A stretch of 64,000 bases of DNA from Lingula anatina (Eukaryota > Animalia > Brachiopoda): NCBI GenBank assembly GCA_051362555.1, contig CM120640.1:40526788-40590787 (forward strand), given 5' to 3'. The notes below the pieces were generated by a model. The model saw only the letters and a list, made by a program, of their open reading frames with translations, ran no database searches and was not told the origin of the DNA. Of this stretch, positions 44,501 through 55,106 are shown piece by piece. The position numbers and the translations under genes were made by a program. Position 1 is the stretch's first letter. Each line of letters opens with the position of its first letter.

Positions 44501-46920
44501 CGGTAACTGATTTCACCGTGTTGTTAATAAAAAGGAAGGAAAAGGCTTCACAAAGCAATTACTTTATTTGATTGAACGTAATGATGTTTGGATATAACTT
44601 TCGGAAAACAATAACAAAAATTACGCAAATGTCTTGTACAGGTACCACGCAGTACCAATTGCCATAACCGTTATTATAATTATAAGATTATGATCTAACA
44701 ACCGTGCATTAAACAGGATTGAACGTAATGATGTTTGGATATAACTTTCGGAAAACAATAACAAAAATTACGCAAATGTCTTGTACAGGTACCACGCAGT
44801 ACCAATTGCCATAACCGTTATTATAATTATAAGATTATGATCTAACAACCGTGCATTAAACAGGTATTCCATTATATAATAAAACATTTATCAGTTTTTG
44901 CTTTCGGTCAATTTATGTTTTTCAGACCTCAGGCAAAGTTTTTAATTGCATAATATCGACCCTTCGGTTGTCCAAGTAAAAAGGTAACTTGCAATTATCT
45001 CAAGAAGCAGAATAGTTTAGGATTATATTTTTGAAGATACGATCCATCATGGGCTGACCCGACACATCAATGTGCCAACAGACAGATGATCATCACAGAA
45101 AATAAACCAACAAAAATAATGAAATTTTGATAATTCGGAACATTTTGATGTAAGAAATGCACGATTGACCTAGGTCATGCTCTCTATATGCATATATAGG
45201 ATGAATTCAAACGCACCAAAATTTAGTTTACAATATCCCAAATATTTTTCACTGTAATTGTATTATTTTTCATTTTATACTGTTTCACTGTATTGGTTCA
45301 AGTCCATAAAAGATTTGACTCAGAGCTAAAAAAATGTGGGAGGCTACAAAACGTTAATGGCGGTATTGCGTTTTTTGGACATTGGACTAGAGTTGTCAAA
45401 AATGCTATTGAGTCAGTTTGTGTGGAGATTACCAAAGCATTTGCATCAAAATCTTTACAAATGTGCTAGAGACAATGCAATGAAATTACGTAGTATTTAG
45501 TGTAATACCATTGCATTTCAATGGGTAATTCAAATGTGAAGTATGGAATGTTTTTGTTATCTACCGGCTATAAATGATTCAAAATCCACTACGTTTTACC
45601 ACCACGCACAAATTACATTCTTATTTATAATTGATGAGGCCGAGTAGTATTCCCCACCTCCCTTACGTGCAATTATTGTCAGCACGCACATTTTAATACC
45701 AATCAATATGACAATCATCATGCTACGAGGAAATAAAGTTGTAGTGCCAAGATTACTTTTAATATTTGGACATTGAATACCATCACGCAAAGCCATAGCT
45801 CCTGGCACTTATAAAGACAAATAGGTTGTCTTTTTTTCATAAATGGGCCATTTAAACTTTGAGTAGTGGAATGAAGCTTTAGGCAAAAAGGTCATGCTTT
45901 GTAAGGATCTTGAGAGCACAAACGGCCTGAAGTTGTACTAACAAGTTAAGTGAAATGTTGGGCCTAATATGCAAATATATTGAAATAAACTACAATGCAA
46001 AAATGATGATTCTTTCGTTTTTTGTGCAAATTTTTCATCGATTCGCGAGTTTGCAGAAGAACGGTATTGGACCCACTGATTTCATTTTTTCAAACATTTT
46101 TCTTGTAAAAGCAATAATGTTAAACCGCTACTGAAATAAACCATCTGTAAAAGCAAGCGTAAATTTTGAAAAATGGGGTTTGAACAACGGACACACGGAG
46201 ATTTTTCCCAATGTAACAAAAGTACTTCTTTTGACTACTGATTGACTGATTGACTAGCAGATTAGAGATGGGAGAATATAGATACATGTTACCTGTAAAT
46301 ATACTAGAAGTTACAACTTCGACGCAAAGATTCAAAATGTTCTCATTCTTAACTATTTTATATTTCACAGAAGGATATTTTCTACATAAAGAATTTCTTT
46401 TTAAATGGAGGCAAAAAAAAAAAACAGATAAGGAGAGTATCCTATAGTAAAAGAAAACACTTTTTAAGGGAAGAAAAATAATTTCAAAAGACACTGTAGC
46501 CGGGTACCGATTTTTTGAGGTGGAGAAATATCCAGCAGTCTGTATTTGTAAATCTGAGGACTAATTTCAAAAGAAAGACTCGAAAGATTTTGTATTGATT
46601 AAAGAAAATTTGACTTCGTAAATCTACTCAACTAAAAATATCATTTCATATATTTTTCCCACTTTCGGTGTTTAGAAGATCGTGTACTGTACTGAAGCGG
46701 ACACGTAACTCCGTAAACATGTTTGATAATGTTATGTAAGACAGTATTCTTCGGCATGTGTATTAATAATCGAATGTAAATTATCAAGAGATACGCCCTT
46801 TGTCTCCCAAAATCAATATCCAAAACGAACCGAACGAGTTCAGTATATAGAAAGCAGGTAGAATATATACATCCAGCAGATTTTTTTTTTTTTTGATTTT
46901 ATTTCTTTTTCACTTTCCAC

Positions 46921-46962
<42 letters not shown>

Positions 46963-47930
46963 CACACACACACAATAATGTATTTGCTAAGCGGGTAACG
47001 AAATAACATGTAAAATATGGGTATTCGTTGGTAGGCATTATTCGATTTAAACGGACATTTCATTCGTTTATTTTACTTTTTTAAAAACCATAACATCATT
47101 CACATAACACCATTCACGTAATTCTTATCCTTTCTGAACCCAAATTTCAAAAGAAAGGCTTGAAAGCTTTTGTATTGATTAAAGAAAACTTGACTTCTAT
47201 AACTATATATTTAATATAACTATCTAATAGATAACAAAATATGCTTTCCATTCACGGAGAAGAATCTCAAAAATACCAATAACTTGATTATTTTTCCTTT
47301 TTTATCACGTTATTTCGTTCCACTTACCTTGTTGACGTGGTAAGAGTCTCTCACATAATACGTGAAAGCTTCGTTCTCCACCAAACTATTATAGTGTTCA
47401 ACATGGGTCGCGTCGTTCAGCGTACAACTATGATTCTTCTGATTAAAGTTATACGAGCGGCAATTCACATGTTGCAGACACTCGAACGCGCACTGGGTTG
47501 GAAGATGAGTCGTCGAAATTTCTTTGAACACATGTCCAAGGAATAGTTTCCCGATTTTTTTCCCGCGAAATAACTTTTCTTCTTTTGGATTTCGTACGTT
47601 TGTGTCAACTGGGAGTGATATGTTGGACCACACCAATGTACCGTTGACATCTTCCCACGTCCCGTTAATGAAGGTTATGGTATCTTCAGCTTCTAGTGAA
47701 GCCAATTCGTCTTCTAGTGAAGTGAAACCATTATCCGTCCCTTCAAGAGTAGAATTTGTTCCATTTGTCGTAGAGTTGTCAGAAATTGTTACGTTTATTA
47801 CCGCCTCGGGAGGAACTGGAGGGGAGAAGTGCCATTGATATTCAACACCAGTGCAAACACCGCCAAAAACGGTGATCAATATCCCGAACTTAAATAGGAA
47901 GAAAACTGTATCGTAGAAAACAGCCCGCAT
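17171..47930 (-). CDS. Large secreted mosaic protein (~2278 aa, 38 exons): SP, PAN/apple, EGF, TSP1 x2, SRCR, TSP1 x29, CNTNAP-type fibrinogen-like domain
   Basis: Exons: 47930-47328 (SP, spacer, PAN), 43609-43474 (EGF), 42994-42815 and 41871-41704 (TSP1), 41291-41139 and 40590-40432 (SRCR), 40225-40055 (TSP1), 27 x 165-nt TSP1 exons between 38423 and 20978, 20513-20340 (TSP1), 20048-19908, 19674-19249 and 17241-17171 (C-terminal domain, TAA). Total 6837 nt, divisible by 3, with compatible intron phases throughout. Confidence 0.88.
20978..38423 (-). CDS. Array of 27 consecutive 165-nt phase 1-1 TSP1 (TSR) exons
   Basis: Exons 38423-38259, 37893-37729, 37296-37132, 36539-36375, 36029-35865, 35278-35114, 34679-34515, 34054-33890, 33627-33463, 33189-33025, 32363-32199, 31615-31451, 31014-30850, 30509-30345, 30048-29884, 29328-29164, 28778-28614, 27864-27700, 27242-27078, 26572-26408, 26018-25854, 24658-24494, 24083-23919, 22994-22830, 22589-22425, 22185-22021, 21142-20978. 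Consensus VDGxWxxWxxWxxCxxSCGGGxQxRxRxCxGPxYGGxxCxGxxxxxxxCNTHxCP. Confidence 0.93.
21244..21314. repeat. Compound (CT)n(CA)n microsatellite; a second (CT)n lies at ~21516-21545
   Basis: Direct read. Confidence 0.95.
25799..25844. repeat. 20-bp minisatellite (~2.3 copies) immediately downstream of a TSP1 exon donor
   Basis: ACACGTGATACATTCAGATG ACACGTGATACATTCAAATG ACACGT. Confidence 0.8.
36643..36775. mobile_element. Small MITE-like element with 13-bp TIR
   Basis: ACAGTGGTGGACT ... AGTCCACCACTGT; no TSD recognised. Confidence 0.45.
40432..41291 (-). CDS. Mosaic gene SRCR domain split over two exons (41291-41139; 40590-40432)
   Basis: [45 protein letters not shown] and [37 protein letters not shown]; six Cys, group-A-like SRCR. 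The first half is absent from the ORF track and was translated by hand. Confidence 0.9.
41432..41556. repeat. Compound (TA)n / (GT)n(AT)n microsatellite
   Basis: Direct read. Confidence 0.95.
43474..43609 (-). CDS. Mosaic gene EGF-like exon
   Basis: [37 protein letters not shown] shows six-Cys EGF spacing; flanked by AG and GT. Confidence 0.9.
44210..44491. mobile_element. Palindromic MITE (~282 bp), PIF/Harbinger-like, in intron 1 of the mosaic gene
   Basis: Arms of about 117 bp: GGGCCCATTCAGAAAAGATGATCCGAGTACTAACTGATCCGCC... versus ...GGCGGATCAGTTAGTACTCGGATCATCTATTCTGAATGGGGCC; TAT on both flanks (candidate 3-bp TSD). Confidence 0.85.
44570..44864. repeat. Direct tandem duplication, 2 x 147 bp, apparently identical
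   Basis: GATTGAACGTAATGATGTTTGG...CCGTGCATTAAACAG begins at both 44570 and 44717. Confidence 0.92.
46564..47197. repeat. Dispersed ~55-bp direct repeat pair (46564-46617; 47142-47197)
   Basis: AATTTCAAAAGAAAG..TCGAAAGATTTTGTATTGATTAAAGAAAATTTGACTTC versus AATTTCAAAAGAAAGGCTTGAAAGCTTTTGTATTGATTAAAGAAAACTTGACTTC. Confidence 0.7.
46922..46974. repeat. (CA)n microsatellite
   Basis: Direct read. Confidence 0.9.
47328..47930 (-). CDS. Mosaic gene exon 1: signal peptide, N-glycosylation-rich spacer, PAN/apple-like domain
   Basis: [28 protein letters not shown]; sequons NVT, NST, NGT, NST, NGT, NGT, NIS; [27 protein letters not shown] fits the PAN CxxxC...CxSxNF...CxL pattern; donor AAG|GTAAGT. 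Confidence 0.85.
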
Positions 47931-49455
47931 TCTTTCACTGTAAACGTCTTCCTTCTCCGGGCCAACTCCGCAATATTGTTTCGAAACTTACTGATTTAAG
48001 ACTGAAGGGGGAGAAACACGATTGGAGGACTTAGCAAATAAGATCAGGAGAATTAGAGATTGCTTATTAAATTTTCATCGGTAATCACATTTTGGCGTTT
48101 CATCTGTGATTAACAGCGTTGGGAAGCCCCAAGAGACCACTTCACAGCATGGTTTTCACTTATTGCTTCATGATCGACACCGTCCGTAGCTTAATTAATT
48201 GGGATTTAATGTGACGGTGAGCTAGACTGATAGACGACTAATACGAAACTGACGATTACTTTTCATGACAACGTTTCGTTCAACGGAATTTACTGCTAAG
48301 AATTAGGCTGTTGTCATCTGTTATGTATAGGAATGTCTGTTAAATACATGGAGGGACACATTTTTATGACATACACGCCTGCACAGAGGGAGGACAGACA
48401 GATTGATAGAATAATTGATTGATAGTTTGGGTGGATAAAACGCGCTGAACTTTAAATTTTAATTTCTCACGAACTTTCCATTGGAACTGGACGGATTTTC
48501 ACCTAATGCTTTTTTGCATGACATTAACTCATAGCTTCTTAACTGCCACACGGCTCTCAATACAAAACTGTAGCTCAAAAACGCAATACTGAAATAAAGC
48601 GTTTTGTAATCTTTTGGGTAATGGCTTTCTCCCAGACTAGCGCAGTCTCTTGACAGTCCAACAACACATTTTCAATCAGGATGGGGAAACTTTTCTTACT
48701 GCAAAGGCCATACAAGAACAGTTTGAACTAGTTGTGGATTCATATTCTTAATATTCAGATTTGCTGTAACCCGTTTCTCATTCAACGTCACAAGATGTGG
48801 GACTATCTCGGCGAGAAAGTGGTCGATGATCAGAGCCTAAGTGAAGACGTATAAACTCACCAGAGGTTCAGGACATGTAATATGTATATATTTAATATAT
48901 TAAACATTTATCTTTTACGCGTCAAATAAAGGATATCCTGAAAGTATGTTGCAGTCTTTTTAACAGTGCAGAGCTTTTTTTTAAGTGCAAAATTCGTTTG
49001 GTTGCAAAATGCACCTCTCACGTGATCAGTTAAAAGAAAATGTTCCATCCCCTCTTTGTCCGTGTGAGCATACGACAGTCAAAACTTTTTTTGTTTTGCA
49101 AGAACAATAACACAAACTGTGTTTGAGAATGCAGAATTTGGAAAGAGAAAAACGGACTCATCTATAAATGATTTATTTAACGTATATCTGCTTAGTTACT
49201 AATATACCGTACAATGAATGAAAATGACGAGTTCATAAAAATGTGAAAACATTATGCTATCTATATCCTAGTTCTCGAATACTGATCAACTTCTCACCAA
49301 CATCAATGACGTGCAAGATATAAAACTGTATCTTTTCGCACTGTCTCCTCTAGCGCAATCCCTCAATATCAGTTTCAATCCGCATCAGCGATCTTTGAAA
49401 ATCTTATAAATATTTCACTTCAAGTCAATCCACGTTTCTCATAAAACCCACGTTT

Positions 49456-51616
49456 TTAGGCGATAAAGTCAAGTGGTCTGTTGAATCCACCCCTTCTGTT
49501 CATGTATTGCCTGAAATAAAAATAAAAACATAATGAGAGAACATTTAAATAAATGTTAAAAGTAGTTAAGGGAGACATGTCACAACGTTTATATTTGAAT
49601 ACCCAAACTTTCATTTCATATTATGAAAAGTCTTACAGGTTGTTTTACTGGACTGCTGTGCATGCTGAAAAGTGCTTATGTTTTACAAGACAGTCATAAA
49701 ATACATAAAAGAAGCTTACCTGTATCTTCGTTTTTGAAGAATGTTTGCAGCACCCTCTGCGTTACCGTCGACTTTTTTCCCCTAAAATCAAAAGTTACTC
49801 GTTTTGAACTGAATTCAATCCTCATATAATTATGCTTAAATATCAAAAAGTTAAAGACCACTAGATATCAGTTACCATGACTGGGTTTTCCTAGTTAAAA
49901 TCAATAAAGAGAATTGAAAAGCATGTAAATAAATCCTACATCTTAGCTAAAGAAATATGACTACTTGTAGGATGTAAATATTGGCTGGCCATAAAAACCT
50001 GGGATAACAATAAACAATTCTAGAAAAAATCCTGTGGTTCTAACCCCCCCAAGAATCAAATTGCACATGCATCTTAACTAAACATTCAGGCATCTCCTGT
50101 AAACAAAATATGACTATGTAATTCTAAACTGCATCACATGACACATTTGGACTTCTCTAGAAAAAATGGAACGGTCTTTTTTGCTTAAGTATTTGGCGAA
50201 AGAGGTAAAAGAACATACTTGCTAAAATGTGCCTTAATTCTCACTACCTTTCATATCAAGTCCAAAACATGCATTTTCATCAGAATGTTAATGGGTAAAA
50301 TATATCCAACAAAACTCATTAGGAGTACAGGACTTCACATGGGAATTCAAAATTGGTCATAACAACCTAAATGTTTTTATAACTTACTTTGGTGGTTTCA
50401 AAACCTCCAAATCCCATTATCTTCATCATTTCAATTTCTTCTTCAGATTTTCCTTCTAGCTGAGATGCTAAAATGTAAAATAAAATGAAGCAAACCAGCA
50501 AATTTAACCATCTGTCAGAGACTAAAAAGCTGTCAATCCAAATAATTAGAATAATATAATCTAACAACTCCTGCCATGACAATACTCATAACTGCCACTC
50601 CCCTTAAAGGAGTAAATTTTAATTTTAAAACACTGAGACTGCAGGTAAGAAGTGTGGAAATACTTTCAGGCACACAATACTCCTGCCAACTGTAGTCGAT
50701 ATATACTGTAGCATAGAACTCCAAAACACATATTTGTGGGCATTGTCTAAAGCATGGCATGAACTCAATGGTCTTACGGTCCAAAGACTTGTAATCATGT
50801 TTCATAAAAAAGTCTTGCACATGTCAACTTATAATAAAGTCCTGATGTGAATGAATTGGCAAATAAACCTCTCAAACACAAATGATAATTCTTTTAAATT
50901 TAGTGAAGCAATTATATAGTAGAAAAAATCAGCAGCTGGAGCAAACCCAAAATTATGATAATATAACTGCAGATGGACAATTTATTTATAAAATTTACCA
51001 GATAAATACTTACGATCTAACTCTATGGCAGGCTGCTCTGCTACCTTGTACGCTTTTTCCTCATCAGAGGCATTATCATATTCCCTCCTATCTCTTCCAC
51101 CACGGTCTCTGTCTCGTGGATCTCTATTACGATCTCGTGATCTGAATGTACAAAACAGACAGGTCAAAACCAGGAACAGAAGAGAAAATGGTTACAGTGG
51201 AAAAAACTAAAAGTCATTTTGTTACTCCAAGAACAAAACAAAATGCACATTGTTATGATTTTCAATCAAAACTCACAGAAACCATTTCACCTAACAATAC
51301 CTGATTCTAAAGTTCTTTGCTTAAATTTAACAAATACAGTGTGTTTTAGGTTATTTAAAATTTGTCAAACCTTGATCTTCTTCTGGGTGAGATTGACCTG
51401 CGTCTTCGTGGAGATCTGGACCTGGAACGTTTACGGTAATCTGGATAGAAACAGAAAAAAAAACTATTGTAATATTTTGTGGTCAAAAATAGGCTGTGAT
51501 GCCAGATGTGAGTTTCAGTGTTTTTCTTAAATATAAGTGAACCTTAGTATAAACTCTGTACTTATTACATTTTAGCACAAAGTCTTAAGCATTAGCACTT
51601 CTATTTACAGTTCCAC

Positions 51617-51671
<55 letters not shown>

Positions 51672-53480
51672 TTTAACAAAAGGAAACAGGTGCTCATAAC
51701 TATAAAATAACAACCAGTTAGCAACTCAGCTGTGACTCAGCTGTTTGTCAGGGGCTCTCAAATATTTTGCTTACCTCTCACCTCCTGAAAGCACTCATTT
51801 CTGTATCAGTTGCGCTGCTGTGAAATTATAGGCCTACATCTGTTAAAAACTGCTGTTACAGACTTCTGAATAGAAGAAGATCTGGGATTGTTTCCCGCTC
51901 AGAAAAGCAAACTCCCGAACAATCATGCTGGCCAAGGCCGTTGTCAAAGAACAAAGAACAAGTTGGCTTTTCAACAGTGTGAGTTGAAGAGGTGAGAGGT
52001 AAGCAAAAGACTTGAGAGCCCTGCTTTGTGAAACCTTAACACTGCTAGCTGATCAATTTACAGTAGCATACACCTTTATTTTTTATGCATAAGCACAAAA
52101 GCACATATTATCTGAAATTGTGAATAGGACCTGCTAATGCTTGAAACTTCCCAGACCACAGATCTGATTTAAAAACTAGGTGCTACATGTATGAGGATAA
52201 AACTTGGGCTTGAGCCATAAATAGAAAATTGGTCCTTTCAGGGTTGACTGAGAAATAAGATTAAAACTGCTGTTCATTGATCAATAAACATATCTTATGG
52301 AAAAAAAAGGAAATGCCACATAACTGACCTCTTTCTTTTCTGTATCGATCTCTATCTCTGTCCCTGGACCTAGATCTTGACCGTCTTCTTTCTGGTATGA
52401 AAGAAAAGCAAATAAAAGCAATTTTATTAACTAATACCAATTAACATCAGTTCTGTAGCTGAAAGTATTTATTGAGAATGGCATGATATAATAAATGAAT
52501 GACCCTTTGCATAAACCATGTACTAGTAATAATTTATTCATGTTCTTCAATTGGTGTCTGTTACTGCAAGTAATTCTCCATTCATTTAATGGTTACCTAA
52601 ATACAGTAAAGCATAAAAACAGCAGCAGGACTAAATTTTACAGAATGAAATTAAATAAAAAGAGTGAGTGGGTAAAGATATGTCATATCTGGTATGGGTA
52701 CATTAGAAGTACCTCCCCCTACCTCCACCAAGTATAATCATTCCTTTCCATTATTTTTCAATGTATCCGCTATTCAAATATTATGACGATTTTCAAAAAA
52801 CTTTCAAGTTATGAGACTTGTCAGATTACAGCAAATTTTCACCCTGCAACGAAATCAGCTCTCTTCAGACCTCCCGTCATATTAGAACATGCTAGTGAGA
52901 ATGTTCAGTCTTGAGGTGATCCAAGTTTCTTGTTAAAACATCTAAGAACGGGTACGTAAATTACCAAACTAATTTATTTGAATAGCAGAGACACTGCTTA
53001 AAGTCACTTCAAAACTTAATTTGGAAAAACATTGAAAATCAATAAATTAAATTTTAGAGTATGTGGGAGTACTGTTAACTACCCGTGTGACAGGAATGGT
53101 AGTCCTTAGAATGAAGTCCGGGTCCTATATGATTGGTACAGGTTAGGGTTAGTTGGGGTATTGGGGTTAGAATATGGATTATATAAAAAGAAAATGTCAC
53201 TTGTACGAAGTAATGGGAAACGGACTACGGTTCCTTGCGCACTTCCATTCCTGCCACACCGGCATCGTTGGCTTTAGAAATTAGAAATGGCCGATTAAAT
53301 TCGGACAAAGAGTGAAGCTGTTTGTGGACTTGAAATAAAACCAGTGGTTACAGGATGAATTGCTACTTTATGTAGGTATAATGACTATACAAACATGTTT
53401 TTTATTTCAAGTCCCAAAACAGAGTGATTATTTTACTAACCCCTTCTTGGAGATCGACTCCGACTCCGACTTCTTCCCAT
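49456..53480 (-). CDS. SNRNP27: U4/U6.U5 tri-snRNP 27 kDa protein, 165 aa, 7 exons
   Basis: Exons 53480-53441, 52391-52329, 51440-51371, 51141-51014, 50467-50388, 49781-49720, 49510-49456 sum to 498 nt. RS-rich N-terminus MGRSRSRSRSPRR; conserved C-terminus [26 protein letters not shown]...[22 protein letters not shown]. Confidence 0.96.
51621..51670. repeat. (TA)n microsatellite
   Basis: Direct read. Confidence 0.95.
51749..52023. mobile_element. MITE with ~35-bp TIRs starting CAGGG (hAT-like) in SNRNP27 intron 2
   Basis: Left end CAGGGGCTCTCAAATATTTTGCTTACCTCTCACCTC; right-end reverse complement CAGGGCTCTCAAGTCTTTTGCTTACCTCTCACCTC. No clean 8-bp TSD seen. Confidence 0.72.
53081..53262. 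mobile_element. MITE-like element with internal GGGTTAG-like repeats in SNRNP27 intron 1
   Basis: Terminal inverted match CCGTGTGACAGGAATGG / CCATTCCTGCCACACCGG; internal GGTTAGGGTTAGTTGGGGTATTGGGGTTAG. Confidence 0.6.
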
Positions 53481-54357
53481 GTTGATTTTTGTGAATGCGG
53501 GATTTTCCGATAGGTGGCACTGAGGTGCACTGATTCACCTTATCATACGTTAATGCATAGTAGTTCTATGGGATAATTTAATAAAGCTAGTGACTGATTT
53601 TTGGAGGCACCCTGAGGGAGGATGGTTATTTTCATTTCCACTCTTTATATGGTTATAACATATATGGTCTTAATATAGTTATAACAAAAAACAATAAATA
53701 CTAGTAATTTCCATCACTTAAAAATGAATTAATATTTGAAAATGCATGAATCCAACACGACCATATTAGGTGACAAACTTTTCAAAATTATCGGTTTTTA
53801 AGTTTGACAAAACTTTCAAAGTGAAAGAAAAATTATGTCGGCAGAGAATCGTCATCCAACAAAATTTTTAAGACCGACTAAATTTCCAAGTTTTTACCGT
53901 AACATCTTAAAACATAATGTATTAAAGAGAGAACTACCGGGTATTTACAAGCATTAATTTGTATTTTCACTTCTGGTCTAGATCTGTAAGGTGGGGATAA
54001 AAAGGGCGTATATACTATATGTGTAAATATTATTATTAATTAATTTTTTCTAAATAGGCCTTCTACATGGAGGTAATCTGTGCTGACCGTTATCCAATTC
54101 CTGAGAGAGCATTATTGGCCTGAGAGGACAATGTTGTTTATTTATCTATATAGTACCTAGAATTTTATTTTATTCTTCACTTTACAAATATTCCGTTTAT
54201 TTGTCAATAACATTGATTTTGTAATTTAATTGTAATGTTTTCGCAGAGTACCTTTGGGTTGGTAAATCGACATGAATCAAAAATTCAACTTTCAGTTTTA
54301 CATTGATATTTCAGGGCCGTAGTGATAGTCCAAAATAATGCATGAATTAAGTGTACA

Positions 54358-55063
54358 GTGTACTGGTACTGGAAATAAAGTTAGTCAGATGCACGTGCAT
54401 AAGATTTTTGTTAGACCAACGAACCTGAATTCATATCGAGATGCCCCCGAATATTTCACTGAAATACAGTCATCAAAGATCATGATGAGCATAATTTAGT
54501 GTATAGTAACCAAATATTTGGTTAACTTAGATTTATTAAGGGTACATTCCCAGAGATTTAGATTTAGATCGACCTAACTCCCTGGGGGTTCACGCTAAAT
54601 TGCAGTAGCCAAGCGCGCACCATAGTTGATTACCCCCTTACAGCTTTTAGTTGGCGGGACAGACGCTTAAGCCGGCTAAGCTGACAGTAATCTAGTGAGA
54701 CTGGTGTACTGGTACTGGAAATAAAGTTAGTCAGATGCACGTGCATAAGATTTTTGTTAGACCAATGAACCTTCATATCGAGATGCCCCCGAATATTTCA
54801 CTGAAATACAGTCATCAAAGATCATGATGAGCATAATTTAGTGTATAGTAACCAAATATTTGGTTAACTTAGATTTATTAAGGGTGCATTCCCAGAGATT
54901 TAGATCGATCCAGAGATTTAGATTTAGATCGACCTAACTCCCTGGGGGTTCACGCTAAATTGCAGTCAGCGAAGCGCGCACCATAGTTGATTACCCCCTT
55001 ACAGCTTTTAGTTGGCGGGACAGACGCTTAAGCCGGCTAAGCTGACAGTAATCTAGTGAGACT
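54358..55063. repeat. Tandem duplication (~346-bp period) of flanking DNA plus most of a MITE
   Basis: GTGTACTGGTACTGGAAATAAAGTTAGTCAGATG...CTAGTGAGACT begins at 54358 and 54704; the copies differ by small indels. Confidence 0.9.
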
Positions 55064-55106
55064 CCCCACAGGGATAGATCGATCTAAAATCCATGGGAAT
55101 GGGGTC
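54882..55106. mobile_element. MITE with imperfect TIRs (GGGTGCATTCCCA...TGGGAATGGGGTC), Harbinger-like; truncated copy at ~54540-54702
   Basis: Left CATTCCCAGAGATTTAGATCGATC pairs with right GATCGATCTAAAATCCATGGGAATG; flanks are TA-rich and the TSD is ambiguous. Confidence 0.65.

Noticed and set aside
44570-44864. 147-bp unit equals nucleosome core length
   Set aside because: Only two copies and no linker; coincidence is the simplest explanation.
46120-46494. 124-aa AT-rich ORF in intron 1 of the mosaic gene
   Set aside because: F/I/K/N-rich composition typical of AT-rich non-coding DNA; exons 1 and 2 join in phase without it.
17171-47930. Naming the mosaic gene hemicentin, SCO-spondin, ADAMTS or CNTNAP
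   Set aside because: The diagnostic domains of each (Ig/VWA, VWD/LDLa, metalloprotease, LamG/TM) were not found.
53140-53170. Interstitial telomere
   Set aside because: Only about two perfect TTAGGG-like units, located inside a TIR-bounded element.
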